Shown: positions 32,692 through 44,200 of the stretch, one piece after another
Layout: the number at the start of each line of letters is the position of its first letter
Numbering within the stretch: the first letter of the stretch is position 1
Origin: Alphaproteobacteria bacterium
GTDB lineage: Bacteria; Pseudomonadota; Alphaproteobacteria; UBA828
DNA: 64,000 bases
Reading direction: 5' to 3'
Assembly: GCA_965214705.1 (NCBI GenBank)
Contig: OZ243972.1
Location: 832,001 to 896,000 of the forward strand
Program-made: the position numbers and the translations under genes
Notes under the pieces: model-generated
What the model saw: only the letters and a program-made list of their open reading frames with translations
Told to the model about the DNA's origin: nothing
Database searches by the model: none

Positions 32692-34152
32692 CTAGTATTT
32701 CGTCCTTACGAACATACCGATCGTGCCATAGCATTGATAGCCAGTCCGCTTATGTTTGTGCTTGTTCAATGTCGCATTGTAAATTCTCTTGTTGAAGATC
32801 TTCCCGCAAACGGTGCATTTGAAGACGTATGTTGGACCACTTGCAGCCCTGGAACCCACACTTCGGGGTGTTCTGCGTGCGGGTGAACGCCGCACGGTCC
32901 GTGCGCGGCCCGCACTCAATGTGCTTTCAGCGCTGGACCTTGATGTCCTCGGAATGCTCTGAGGCCCCCATGGCGTTAGCTCGATTGGGTATCGCGGCGC
33001 GAATGGCGTTTGGGTGGGTTTGACTCCGAGAATGCTGTCGACCAAATAGCTGCGCGGCTGGCCGCTGTCCGCGCGTACGGCCATGAGCAATACGTCTCCG
33101 GCCTGTGAGCGGCGGAGCGAGTAGGCTTCGATCGCGCGTGTCGAACGATTGCCCTGCTTGTCGCGGTAGTCGATCTCCACGAGAAGGCGGTTTGCGGCAG
33201 CAAAGCGGATCATTTCGATGAGACTCTGCCCTCGGCTGCCTGCGGGCAAATCGAGTACACGCTCGCGGATGAGCGTGTCGCCGGCGCCGACAGGCATCGC
33301 CGCAAGCGGCTGAGCGACGGCGCCTTGGAGCCAATCGAAGATTTCCGGGAGCGCGTCCCAAAACGTCGTGACCGGGAGCAGCGCGGGGAGCTGGTGCTCC
33401 AGCATGTGAATCCAACCAGTCTCAAGTTCCGCACGGTGCGGCTCAAGGTCGGTCATGCGCGGAATGCTGATGCCCTTGAATTCACACTTGGCGCGCAGGA
33501 CTTCCATGAAGCGCTGCGATTCCGGACGTGCCTCGGTGTTCCGATACAGATGTACGACGTCATAGAGATCGCGTGGGCGCGTCCGTTCCGCGAGCGCTCT
33601 GAACTTCTCCGCGAACGCCTCCGTGTAATCGTAGGCCAGGACTTCGATGCCATCTTCCGGAGCATCGCTGTATGGATGGAAAATCTGCGCGTTGACCGGG
33701 GGGAGAACGATCCGCTCGTCGGCGGTCAAGTCAAGCTTGATGCGCGGGAGGGCGTGGGTCGATGAGACGGGGCCCTTGTAACTGATCTTGCCTTGGCACG
33801 AGAATTGACCCCGGGGGTTCTCGTAGATATCGAACTCCTGTTTGTCGGCCGGAATCTCAATGCCGGTTTGGTCGTAGATCCATTCACCAATTTCAGAAAA
33901 TGCGCCCTTCAAGAAGCTGGCGTCGAGATGCTGCGGTTCGCGGAGCGTGAAGTCGAGATCCTCCGAGAATCGATAGGTCTCGAAGAAGCACTTTTTCAGG
34001 CACGTGCCGCCTTTGAATATCCAACTCTCCGCGAGATCCTTGTGCCCATAGATGCCGGCGAGCATCCAGCCGAGAACATAGTCCTTCTCCACGACGTGCG
34101 GCGTGAGTGATGTCTGCTGGGCTATAGCAAGGATTTCGCGTTTGTCGATCAT
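32692..34152 (-). CDS. AbiEii-type nucleotidyltransferase toxin with C-terminal WYL-like domain and Zn finger
   Basis: EKDY, FKGGTCLKK, RFSEDLDF, EKFRAL..R.RPRDLYD; then VEIDYRDKQGNRSTRAIEAYSL..PRSYLVDSI; then CTVC..HKH..C. Confidence 0.85.
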   Translation of the reverse strand: MIDKREILAIAQQTSLTPHVVEKDYVLGWMLAGIYGHKDLAESWIFKGGTCLKKCFFETYRFSEDLDFTLREPQHLDASFLKGAFSEIGEWIYDQTGIEIPADKQEFDIYENPRGQFSCQGKISYKGPVSSTHALPRIKLDLTADERIVLPPVNAQIFHPYSDAPEDGIEVLAYDYTEAFAEKFRALAERTRPRDLYDVVHLYRNTEARPESQRFMEVLRAKCEFKGISIPRMTDLEPHRAELETGWIHMLEHQLPALLPVTTFWDALPEIFDWLQGAVAQPLAAMPVGAGDTLIRERVLDLPAGSRGQSLIEMIRFAAANRLLVEIDYRDKQGNRSTRAIEAYSLRRSQAGDVLLMAVRADSGQPRSYLVDSILGVKPTQTPFAPRYPIELTPWGPQSIPRTSRSSAESTLSAGRARTVRRSPARRTPRSVGSRAASGPTYVFKCTVCGKIFNKRIYNATLNKHKHKRTGYQCYGTIGMFVRTKY

Positions 34153-34958
34153 TGCGTTTCCTTGAGAGCCCAGCGCTGCGGCACGCGCAGGCGCCATTTT
34201 GTCACGACGAGCGGCCCATCCTGGGCAGGATCGAGCTTCGCATGACCGCCGCTCAGATGCTGCTCGCAAAGCCGGCCCAGTTCAGCACCGCCAGGAAAGC
34301 GCTCGGCCAGAAACCCGAGGCGCTTGAAGACAGCGCCGTTGCCGAGGCGCACTGCGTGGTCGACGAGCTTCTCGTCGTCACGATCATCGCGTCGCAGATA
34401 GGCAGCGAGGCAGTCGGATATGTGCTGGATGCCGCCACCGATCGCCGGATCGTCGAGCATGTCGATGATCGTTCGGTGCACGTCGGAGACGGGCACTCGC
34501 GTCTGATGACGCCAGACATGCTTCGTGCCGAAGATCTTCCGCTCGTGGATGTGCTTCAGCGAAAAGAGCGTGCCGTGCCGCTCCTGGCGCTTCTGGCGCA
34601 CCGGCTGTGCGGTCATCACGAAGATATCCTTGAAGATCTGTTCGGTCAGGTCCCAGTGCTCGGCTGCCGTGCGGCCGCCGATGTAGGCTGGAGCGAAGAG
34701 TGCGGGAACGAGCACCCAAGGGTCATCGAGGACGCGATCTGAGCCCATGGTGTCGATGGAAGCGGCGACATAGGCACCACGACCCACTCGTCTCAGCCAT
34801 CCCTGCTCAACCCAGCGGGACAGACGTTGGGCGGCGCCGGTACGGTCGAGCTGGAGGGCAAGCACCACGTCATCGACATAAATCACGTCGCCGGCGGTGG
34901 ACAGCACCCGGACAAGCTGCGCGCGTCCTCGGGGGAGGTGGGGCATGCTTTCTTCCAT
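34149..34958 (-). CDS. AbiEi-type (type IV TA) antitoxin/regulator
   Basis: N-terminal wHTH (LSRWVEQGWLRRVGRGAY), AYIGGRTAAEHWDLTEQI, SDVHRTIIDML; stop overlaps the toxin start. Confidence 0.85.
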   Translation of the reverse strand: MEESMPHLPRGRAQLVRVLSTAGDVIYVDDVVLALQLDRTGAAQRLSRWVEQGWLRRVGRGAYVAASIDTMGSDRVLDDPWVLVPALFAPAYIGGRTAAEHWDLTEQIFKDIFVMTAQPVRQKRQERHGTLFSLKHIHERKIFGTKHVWRHQTRVPVSDVHRTIIDMLDDPAIGGGIQHISDCLAAYLRRDDRDDEKLVDHAVRLGNGAVFKRLGFLAERFPGGAELGRLCEQHLSGGHAKLDPAQDGPLVVTKWRLRVPQRWALKETQ

Positions 34959-35443
34959 ATCCCCAGCTTAGCGTAAAGTGCGAATTTTAACAATCAGAAC
35001 AAAAGGAGTGGGCAATTCATTCGCTTTCAACAATTCGCAAAAATCGTGAATTAGGGTAATTCAGGAAATCCCGGACCGAAGCCAGCCTTTCTGGCTGCCG
35101 GGTTCACACTCAGTGTTGCGGTCGCCTAAAGATCATGAAGTCCAGTGTAGGGCATGTCGACATAAATGCTGTCACCATGCGCACGCGTGTACATTCCATT
35201 CTGGTTGAGAAGCCGTTCCAAGACTTCGATCAACGGATCATAGATTTTCAGGTCGCTCCATTCCTCAAGATCGAAGAATGGCTGGACTGCGTCTCGACAG
35301 GCATCAAGCACCCATCCCGAGGGGTAGCCAGCGAGATCCCTGAGCTTGGCGCGGTAGCGAGCTGCGAGTTCGGGATGATCGTCCGCGTTCGCCTCAACCC
35401 AGTCAGCATGACCGAGGCCATATCCGATCGCTTGGAATAGAAA

Positions 35444-36250
35444 GGCTCAATTCGTGAAACGTATGCACCGTGATAGAATCGCTCCCGATTCGCATTGGGG
35501 GTCAGAGAGATGGATCACGAGCGGTTTCGGGACTGGTTCTCGCGTGTCGATGAGTTGACGGCGTCGCAGCGCAAGGAGGTCGCGGCGGTGCTGTCGGACC
35601 CGCCGGAGGGCGCGGCCTCGCTGGCAGCGATCGAGCTGGGCGTGGATGACGAGCGGCGCTGTCCGCATTGCGGCGCCGGCGGGGCGGTGTCGCGGGGCAA
35701 GGCGCGCGGTCTTCGCCGCTTCCGGTGCAAGGAGTGCGGCAAGACCTTCGGTGCGCTCACGGGCACGGCACTGTCCGGGCTTCACCACAAGGAGCGCTGG
35801 CTGGCCTTTGGCGCGTCGCTTGCCGAGGGCGAGACGATCAAGGAGTCTGCCGCGCGCTGCGGGATTGCGCCGAGCACGGCGCATCGCTGGCGCCACCGCT
35901 TTCTGGCGGCGGTGCGTCAGGCGCCGGACCGGCTTGCCGGGATCGTCGAGGCGGACGAGACGTTCGTCCTTGAGAGCCGGAAGGGCGAACGGAAGCTGGA
36001 GCGCAAGCCGCGCCGGCGCCGCGGCAAGGCCCGCAAGCGCGGGCTCTCGCGCGAGCAGGTGCCGATCCTGGTCGCCGCCGACCGTGCCGGCGCGACCCTC
36101 AGCCGTACCCTGCCCGCTCTCAACGCAGACAACGTGAAGGAGGTGCTGGAGCCGGTCCTCGCCCCGGATGCGCTGCTGGTCTCCGACGCCAACCGCTGCT
36201 ATCCGCCCGTCGCGGCGGCGCTCGACATCCCTCACGAGAGCATCAACGCG
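35444..36250 (+). mobile_element. IS1595-family element, 3'-truncated
   Basis: Same left end and transposase as 27302-27831; continues through LVSD to HESINA, then runs into unrelated sequence. Confidence 0.85.
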
Positions 36251-36466
36251 TTCGAGGGTTTCAGCTTCGCGACTGCCGGGGAGATGGAGGGTGCACCGGG
36301 CAGGGCGCTCGATCACATCGCCCATACGCCGGACCTGACGCCGGCCGGCGGCATCGGGTTGTGGCCCCGGGAAGACCGTCACGACAATCGCCTGTCCGGC
36401 CGCTTCGGAGTATGGGGCGACTTCGCCTTCGGCGCGACCGGCAGGCGGCTCGCAAGGTGGGCTTGA
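36251..36466 (+). pseudogene. Possible endonuclease/exonuclease/phosphatase C-terminal remnant
   Basis: LDHIAHTPDL...LSGRFGVW resembles a degenerate IDHI...SDH tail. Confidence 0.35.
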
Positions 36467-36684
36467 GGATTGTCTCGTCATTGCCGGAGGGAGCGTGCCG
36501 GACCGGCGTGTCCGATGGTGGCCGTTCCCGGATCGATGGTGACTTGGCGGGATGGCTGAATTCCGGGAGGGGCAACCGACGGCTTCGGGTTGACGCGGCC
36601 GGTCAGCGCGAGACCGTCTTGCCCGGGATTTAGTCCTTCTGCCGGGCTTGAACGCAGTCGGGAATCTTCCCATCCTGGTGCTGG

Positions 36685-38715
36685 ATGGTTCTATGGTCGT
36701 CAGTCCGCGTCGAGCAGCGCATGCGCGCCGGCGGGCGACTGGAGTCTCGCACGGAGGAAAGGTCGATCCTGGTGCAACCCATCGCTTGCGTGCCGGAGGC
36801 GGCCGAGGAAGACGGCCTCCAGCCGACGGTGCTGCCGGAGTTCGTGACGCCGGACTGGCTGAAGGACAACCACCACCTGATGAGGGCCGACCTGCGGAAG
36901 CTCGCGTCGGCGATGGCGGAGGACTATTCGGACTGGCCGGCGGCGGTGGACGGCAGCGACGACGCGGCGTTCTGGCGCGCCGTTCACACCCTTGCGCAGC
37001 GCTGGGCGTGGTTCCTGTGGCTGTTCGAGGAGCGGATCCTCGAACTGTTCGGCCGGGTCAAGGGGCGCAAGAAGCAGCTCGGCCGGCTGGTTCTCAAGTC
37101 GGCCTCCGAGCGGGCGCAGGCGCTGCGGCCCGCCGTGCCGGGTGTCGCCGAGGATTTCATCCTCGACCATTTCGAGACGCTCTGGGAGGAGGGGGAGCGC
37201 GAACTGGTCGCGCAATCGGTCTGGGTCCTGTGGTGCACCGGAGGCCCCGAGTCCCGCTACATGATGTCATCCTGGCTGGAGGAGCCCGAGATCGAGCGCC
37301 TGGTGGGGCATGCGGTCCATCGCAGCCGCTTCCGGGGCCTTGGCGAGCGCGACGATCTGGTGGATCGGCTGGCCTGCGAGGCGGGCGGGCCGCATCTGGA
37401 GAGGCTGGCCGCGCGCGCCGACGACGACTGCGCCCTGCTGCGCAAGGACATGGCCGATGCCTACAGCCGGCTGAAGACGTATGTCACCGAGCATGACGAA
37501 GCGTCGGCGAGCCTTTTGTCGTACCTGGTTCTTGAGTTTGCAGCGCTCGCTGACGAGCTTGCCGAGATCGAGACCGCGCGGAACCTGGCCCTTGCGCGCA
37601 GCCGCCACGGCGCCCTGCGCTCGCTGCTGGAGGGAGCCGTCGGGGCGGCGGGGCAAACGGCGCCTGCCGAGGAGGCGGTTGCGCTGACGGGGCGAATCGA
37701 AGCGCTGTTGCGGGACACCGCCCTGCCGCGCTGCATCCCCGACCCCGAGTGGGAGAACTGCCGTGAGCAGGCGGAGCGCTTCCGCAGCGCGATCGTCGAG
37801 CCGGGCGCGCACGAGCTTGCCCTGCGAGAGGCGTCCGGCCGCTACGCTGAGAACCCCAGCGCGGAGAACCTCGAGGCGCTGCACGCGGCGGCCTCGGCCG
37901 AGCGCGAACACCCGCGTTCGCTCGAGCCGGCGAAAGAGGCGCTGGACGAGGTCACCGCCTGTCTCGGCGATCTCGTGCAGCGTTTCGGTTCCCTGGCGAA
38001 CCGCGACGGAGCGGAAGAGGAGGAGGTCGACGGCAGGGAGGCGTTCGGCGGCGGGACGCGTGATCACGAGCGCGCGCTGCGCGCCGAGATCGGCGATCTG
38101 AAGGCTGCGAACCGGACGGCGGAGGAGCGGATTGCGGCTCTCGAGCAGGCTCTGGCCGACGCCGGGGCGGAAAACGACGGGCTGCGGCGCGAGAAGCACC
38201 GGCTGCAGCAGCGGCTCGCCGCCATCGATGGCGCACGGGATCCCTCCCCGGCGGAAGACGAGACCGTGCCTGCGCTTGAGAGCTACGCCGATCTTCCGTC
38301 CTGGGCGGAGCGGTATTTTCAGGGGCGCGTGGTGCTCGCCGGACGCGCGCTCAGGGCGCTCAAGAGTGCGGGGTTCGAGGACGTGGCTCTCGTCGGCAGG
38401 GCGATCGAGGTGCTGGCAGGAAGCTACTGGCGGATGAAGACCGGCGGCGGCGGCAAGGCGCTGCGCGATGCCTTCGAGGGCGAGCTGCGTGAACTGCGGC
38501 TGCAGGAGACGCGGAGCATCAGCCGGGACCGGCAGGGCAAGGCGCGCGACGATTTCTCGATCGAGTGGGACGGCCGCAGGCTCATGCTGGATCGCCAACT
38601 GAAGAACAACACGAAGACGCGCGATCCCAGGCACTGCCTTCGTGTGTATTTCACCTGGGACGAGACGACCCGGCAGGTCGTGATCGGCCACCTTCCCGGA
38701 CACATGAGAACATAG
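36685..38715 (+). CDS. Large helical/coiled-coil protein with RelE-like C-terminal module
   Basis: Long ORF with GC-rich codon usage, a heptad-rich stretch and the tail RDPRHCLRVYFTWD..VVIGHLPGH. Start may be GTG 36772 (GGAGG upstream). Confidence 0.7.
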   Translation: MVLWSSVRVEQRMRAGGRLESRTEERSILVQPIACVPEAAEEDGLQPTVLPEFVTPDWLKDNHHLMRADLRKLASAMAEDYSDWPAAVDGSDDAAFWRAVHTLAQRWAWFLWLFEERILELFGRVKGRKKQLGRLVLKSASERAQALRPAVPGVAEDFILDHFETLWEEGERELVAQSVWVLWCTGGPESRYMMSSWLEEPEIERLVGHAVHRSRFRGLGERDDLVDRLACEAGGPHLERLAARADDDCALLRKDMADAYSRLKTYVTEHDEASASLLSYLVLEFAALADELAEIETARNLALARSRHGALRSLLEGAVGAAGQTAPAEEAVALTGRIEALLRDTALPRCIPDPEWENCREQAERFRSAIVEPGAHELALREASGRYAENPSAENLEALHAAASAEREHPRSLEPAKEALDEVTACLGDLVQRFGSLANRDGAEEEEVDGREAFGGGTRDHERALRAEIGDLKAANRTAEERIAALEQALADAGAENDGLRREKHRLQQRLAAIDGARDPSPAEDETVPALESYADLPSWAERYFQGRVVLAGRALRALKSAGFEDVALVGRAIEVLAGSYWRMKTGGGGKALRDAFEGELRELRLQETRSISRDRQGKARDDFSIEWDGRRLMLDRQLKNNTKTRDPRHCLRVYFTWDETTRQVVIGHLPGHMRT

Positions 38716-38771
38716 CCTGCACCGGCCTCCGATGGGGGATTATATACTTGACTGAATGGGCGGCTGATAAA

Positions 38772-41375
38772 TCAGCCGTCTCTTCTTAGGACAGAAGCCA
38801 GCCACCAACTCAATCGGTGAAAGAGCCGCCGGCGCTCGGTGAGGTGGTTGACAATCTTGCCGCGCGTCCCCGGCGCGCGGCGCACCTTCCCCTGGTTCGC
38901 CAAGTGAATACATTCTCCGTTCACGTGGTTGCGTCCCATGCCTCTCAACTACCCACTGTTGAGTCAGTCCCATTCTTGATCATGTCCAAGTCCTTCAAGG
39001 CACGGTAGGTGATGGTGGCGTGTCGCAGGTAGACATAGCCTTTCCAGAGCAGTTGGGTTCCCGGCAGAGGCTGGTGTTTTCGTGGATCGAAGCCAGCGAA
39101 CCTTGCGACGTCGATGACGAAGGTGCGGATATCCGGGGGCTTGTCTGGCGGCGGGCGGGCTCGAACCATGCCGTAGGCCATCAGCCTGATGTAGAGGATG
39201 GCGATTTCGTCGTCGGAGACGATGTGGTTGGCCGGAATGTCCGGCGTGTCGCGCGCGATCCGTTCGAGATCGAAGACGTGGCAGGCGGTGATGGCATCGA
39301 AGGCGACGCACTTTCGCAGGTCATCGGCGTGGTCGAGCTTTCGGTCCTCGACGCGGGTGCCGGTCTTCAGGACCTTGAAGTACTCCTCGATGGTCCATCG
39401 GCGCTCGTACCAGGTGACGACGGTCTGGGCGGTCTCGGCGTCGGCGCTGCCCTCGGTGCTGAACAGCAGCCAGTTGAGCGGGTCCTTGCCGGCGGGCGGG
39501 TTGGGTTCGGTCGCGGACACGGCGAGCACGTCGACCGGCTCCGGGCTCTCGGCGTCGCGCGGTGGCGCCAGGCTGACCCTGGCGGCGCGCAGCTCGAGCG
39601 TTGCCGTACGCCTGGACCGCGCCCGCTTGCCGCCGCAGGCGCCGATCTCCACGGTCTTGCCGGCAAGGCGCGGGAGAGCGGCGACATGCTTCCACAGGTC
39701 CTCCTTCTCGCCGGTCTCCAGGATGACCTTTCGTCGCCGCGAACGGTTCGCGCGCACGAGGAGCCCGGCGCCTTGGGACACCGCAGTTTCGAGCAACGCC
39801 CAGATGTCGGCTTCCCGGTCGCAGACCGTGACCACCTGTGTCGCGGGACAGGCGCGGGCCAACTCCTGCGCGCGGTCGTGCCCGTGCTCCCAGCGCACGC
39901 TCTCCCTGTCCTCGTCATTGCCGTCGCGGAAGGTCGCATCGAGCGCGAACACGCCGAGCGGCCGCCCGGCCACGTTGACCGCCAAGCCGACATGCGCCAC
40001 CAACCCGCAGGCGCCCTTGCCGCCGCCGCCCACCCCGACGAGGCCTTCGGTCGCCGCGAGCCCGTCGTAGTTCAGCGTGGTGGTGTCCTGGATCGCGAGA
40101 ACGATGTCCTCAAGCTGGCAGCGCTCCACCATCGTTGCCTGGTGCGGCTCCAGGATGTGCTCCATGCTCACCTTCCCGCTCGACAGCAGTCGGTAGGCCG
40201 CCTTGCGATCCGGCTTGGCCGGAAAGATCGCCGGGATCGCGGCCCCCGGGCGCTCCAGCCACGCCCGTCCCATGCGCTCGATCCGATCGCGGACCCGGCC
40301 GTCAGGATGCGTGCTGCGCGCATATTCCCGCCCCGCCCAGTCCGTGTCCTCGTCCATGTGCAACGCCGGCGCCGCACGGATATCCCGCGCCGGCTCGGCG
40401 CACAAGATGGCCTGCCAATCCGCCGCCAGCGGCTTCATCCACACCGTCCGCGCCGCCCCGGCGGCGGACCCCGGCGGCTGGCCCGAGGTGTGCTGGGGAC
40501 AGCACCGCCAGCCCGCCGCCCGGTAGCAGGTGCCGGCATGCTCGGGGCCGACATAGCTGTAGGCCAGGACCGGGCGCGCGGTGTACGCCGCCTCCCAGTC
40601 TCCCGCCACGCGGCCGGCCGCCAGCTCCAGCACCCGCGAGGCCAGACCGTGGACGCGCACGCCGGGCAGAAGCAGGAAGCGATGGTTGTTGATCGCCAGC
40701 GGCAGGTTCAAAGCCCGCGCGTCCGCCGACCAGCCGATAAAGTCGTCGCGCGCCTTCTGGTGCCAGCTCGCGGCGCAAAACCCGATGCCGCCGAGGCGGC
40801 CATGAAGCGAGGAACGCACCCAGTAGCGCAGCTGCCCGCCCGGAGCCCGCGCCCAGCCCTGCGGGTGGTGCGTTGCAATCATCGCTTGCCACAGGCGCCG
40901 CTCGGCATCGCCGTCGACCAACTCCAGCGTCACCGAGCCCAAATCCGTGAGCCGACAGCGAAGCGAGAGATCGGGGAAGGCTTCGATGGCCGCACCCTCG
41001 CGACGCCCCCGGCCGAACGCCGCCCGCGCCGCCGGCAGCGCGAGCCCCAGCTTGTCCGCCAGAACCGGCAGAGCCTTGCGCGCCGACGCAAGGCAGTGCT
41101 CGCCCCGATCGCCGGTCCAGTCCTCCAGCGCGCAGAGATCGCGGGCAAGAGAACTGCGAGTGCGGCCCTCCTCCAGGACCGCCTTGCTCAACCACTCGAT
41201 CGTGTCGGCGTGAAACTGGTGAAGGCCAACTTGCATGGCCCGATATGTATGCTGGGCCGCTCATTGAGTCAACTGTGGACCGGTGTGAGGTCCCATGCTT
41301 AACCGCTCGGCGATCTCAGTCATCGTCGAGTCCGGGCCGGCGGCGCAACAGCTCAATGATCCGATCCGCATGCAT
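38772..41375 (-). pseudogene. Small winged-helix protein, frameshifted and split by IS4
   Basis: Removing the IS gives MHADRIIELLRRRPGLDDD-(frameshift)-EIAERLSMGRNHVNGECIHLANQGKVRR..GKIVNHL. Confidence 0.55.
38942..41289 (-). mobile_element. IS4-family (IS50/Tn5-like) element with DUF4338-fused transposase (38945-41236)
   Basis: 9-bp TSD GTCCCATGC (38933-38941 and 41290-41298); imperfect IRs CTCTCAACTACCCACTGTTGAGTC / CTCACACCGGTCCACAGTTGACTC; QDTTTL, DREAD, YERRWTIEEYFKVLKTG. Confidence 0.9.
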
Positions 41376-41811
41376 CCTGTTGGGGCTCCTCGGTCAAACT
41401 ATCAGCCTCCCCGTGATCGGCCTGCGGCTCGTGCCGCAAGAGCGCGCGGCCCACCATCTCGGGCGTTGCTCCCTTGTAGCAGTGGATATCGACCAACGAA
41501 TTCGCCCGTCATGTGGCACCACGTTTTTCGCAGCCCGGTACCCGGACGGGAGGGAGAAGCCCGGACATCCGGGATTCTTTCAATCCGTGATCGTCAAATC
41601 AGCGACCAAACTGTTGAAGATGAGCCTAATGTCCGGTTCCCAGGGCTCGTTTTTTGTCCGACAAGGCGCGGCGTGGGCGTATTCAGCGACCCATTTTGGG
41701 ACGCATTTTGTTGTCTGAGCGCCGGTTTGGGCCTCATGGAGGTAGCACCAACCTCGCAGGCGGCCACTCCGCACTGATTCTTGGCACTTGATGACGACAA
41801 AAAATTGGTCC

Positions 41812-42500
41812 TGTCCTGATTCCGAAGTTCGCATAGCTATGATTGAGCTGGCGCGAGTTCGAGGGTTCTCAGGCAGAAGCGCTTGATGGAAGCCAGGATT
41901 TCGTCGGCTGACTTGTGCCAGCGGAACGGCTTGGGGTCCTCGTTGACGGCCTCGATGTAGGCGGTGATCGCCTGCTCCAACTCGACGGTCGAGCGGTGAA
42001 CCCCGCGACGGATCTGCTTCTCCGTCAGATCGGAGAAGAACCGCTCCACCTGGTTGAGCCACGACGCCGAGGTCGGCGTGAAGTGGACATGCCAACGAGG
42101 CCGCTTGGCGAACCAGGCGCGGACTTCCTTTGTCTTGTGCGTCGAGTAGTTGTCCATGACGATATGGATGTCGAGATCCTCGGGCACGTTGGCCTCGATG
42201 TGGTCCAGGAACTTGCGGAACTCTCGGCTTCGGTGACGGCGGAAACACTTGCCGATGACCTCGCCGGTGGCGACGTCGAGGGCGGCGAACAACGAGGTCG
42301 TGCCGTTGCGCTTGTAGTCATGGGTGCGCCGCTCGGCCTGGCCCGGCCGCAGCGGCAGCAAGGGCCGGGTGCGGTCGAGGGCCTGAACCTGGGACTTCTC
42401 GTCCACACAGAGAACCATGGCATGCTGCGGCGGGTCCACGTACAGGCCGACGATGTCGCGCACCTTGTCCACGAAGTACGGGTCCGCCGACAGCTTGAAG
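41812..42500 (-). mobile_element. IS630-family element, 5'-truncated
   Basis: [45 protein letters not shown]; N-terminal HTH absent. Confidence 0.85.
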
Positions 42501-42624
42501 GCACATACCTCGAGAACGCGGCACGATTGACTTTCGGCGGGGCTGCTTGATACAAGGCCAAGGTCTGCGGGCCCCAGCGCACCGCGCATCGTCCGTCGCC
42601 AACGGGAAGCGGCCTTGAGGCGCC

Positions 42625-43659
42625 ATGGCCTTCCTGCGCAACGCTTGGTATGTGGCCGCGTGGGCCGGGGATGTCGGCCGGTCGCCGATCCGCCGGACGG
42701 TCCTCGGCGAGAATGTCGTGCTGTTCAGGAAGGAGAACCGGGACCCGGTCGCGCTCGCGGATCGCTGCCCGCACAAGCTGCTCCCGCTCTCCAGGGGACG
42801 GCTCAAGGGGGATCTACTGCAGTGCGGCTATCACGGCTTGGCCTATGACGAGACCGGTGCCTGCGTCCACGTCCCCGGCCAGGACGCGATCCCGGCGGAC
42901 GCCAAGGTCCATAGCTATCCGGTTTCCGAGAACATGGGGCTGGTGTGGATCTGGATGGGCGATCCCGCGCGCGCCGACCGGGCCGACATTTACGATCTTC
43001 CCGAGTACCACGATCCCGCCTGGGGCGTCTCCCACGGCGACACCATCCATCAGAGATCGGACTATCTGCTGCTGTGCGACAATCTGTGCGATCCGTCCCA
43101 TGTGAGCTACGTGCATCCGACGACGCTCGGCAACCCCGACGGCGAGGGCGTTCCGGTCACCTTCGAGGAGCGGGAATGGGGCGTCACCACCTCGCGTTGG
43201 ACACTCGACAGCGAGCCGGTCGGCTTGGTGAAGGCCTTCGACAGGTTCGACGGAAGGGTCGACCGGTGGCAGTTCTACCACATGCGTCTGCCGTCGATCG
43301 CGATCATCGACTTCGGCACCGTGGCCGCGGGCACCGGCGCGCCCGAGGGCAATCTCGACGATTGCTTCCGGCTCTACGCCTGCCACTTTCTCACGCCGGA
43401 GACGGCGACGACCTGCTTCGACCGCTGGCTGCACGTCCGCAATTTCGCGCCTGACGACGGGTCGGTTGGCGAGAAGATCAGCGAGATGTTCCGCGTGGCG
43501 TTCGCCGAGGACAAGGAGATCCTCGAAGCGATTCAGATCGAGGAGGACAACGATGCCGGCGGGCCGCGGGTCGGGCTCGACATCGACGCGCCGCCCTACC
43601 TGTTCCGCCGCATGGTGAAGCGGCGCATCCGGGCCGAGGCGCGCGCCGCCGCCGGATAG
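42625..43659 (+). CDS. Rieske non-heme iron oxygenase alpha subunit (VanA-like)
   Basis: [34 protein letters not shown]. Confidence 0.9.
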   Translation: MAFLRNAWYVAAWAGDVGRSPIRRTVLGENVVLFRKENRDPVALADRCPHKLLPLSRGRLKGDLLQCGYHGLAYDETGACVHVPGQDAIPADAKVHSYPVSENMGLVWIWMGDPARADRADIYDLPEYHDPAWGVSHGDTIHQRSDYLLLCDNLCDPSHVSYVHPTTLGNPDGEGVPVTFEEREWGVTTSRWTLDSEPVGLVKAFDRFDGRVDRWQFYHMRLPSIAIIDFGTVAAGTGAPEGNLDDCFRLYACHFLTPETATTCFDRWLHVRNFAPDDGSVGEKISEMFRVAFAEDKEILEAIQIEEDNDAGGPRVGLDIDAPPYLFRRMVKRRIRAEARAAAG

Positions 43660-43762
43660 CGCGGGGTGTCTCCCCGCGCATGCGGGAAACGGCGGCGCGT
43701 GCCGGTCTTCCGCGCAACCGACCTCCGGGGCCGGGGCCCGGCGCATCGGATGGAGAAGAACG

Positions 43763-44200
43763 ATGAAGACGATTGGCGGGCTGTGCGTTGCGCTGTCGAT
43801 ATTCACCGTGGGTTTCGCGGGCGGTGCATATGCCGATGTCGAGAATATCTGGCTCACCGAGGGCGGCAAATCGCATGTGAAGATCGAGCCCTGCGGCGAG
43901 AGGCTGTGCGGCGAGATCGTCTGGCTCAGGGAGCCCAACAGGGACGACGGCTCGGCAAAGCTCGACCGCAGGAACGAGGATAAGTCCCTTCGTGGCCGGC
44001 CGATACTGGGTCTCCAGGTGCTGACGGACTTCGAGGACGAGGGCGGCGGCACGTGGAGGGGCGGCGAAATCTACAACCCCGAGGACGGCAAGACTTACAG
44101 CTCCAAGCTGGAGCTCGTCGATTCGAATACCCTGGAGGTCAGCGGTTGCGTCTTCTTCGGCCTCCTCTGCAAGACGCAGACCTGGACCCGCGTCGAGTGA
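43763..44200 (+). CDS. DUF2147-family secreted protein
   Basis: Signal peptide, LCGEIVW, GEIYNPEDGKTY, CKTQTWTR. Confidence 0.85.
   Translation: MKTIGGLCVALSIFTVGFAGGAYADVENIWLTEGGKSHVKIEPCGERLCGEIVWLREPNRDDGSAKLDRRNEDKSLRGRPILGLQVLTDFEDEGGGTWRGGEIYNPEDGKTYSSKLELVDSNTLEVSGCVFFGLLCKTQTWTRVE

Noticed and set aside
27302-36250. Composite transposon bounded by the two IS1595 copies
   Set aside because: Both copies have lost their outer ends and no matching TSD was found.
35495-36466. Full-length IS1595 transposase with a novel C-terminus
   Set aside because: Similarity stops at HESINA; the tail is unrelated sequence joined by a deletion.
42625-43659. Rieske oxygenase as part of the sterol module
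   Set aside because: It is VanA-like, 17 kb away and separated by many IS elements; nothing links them.
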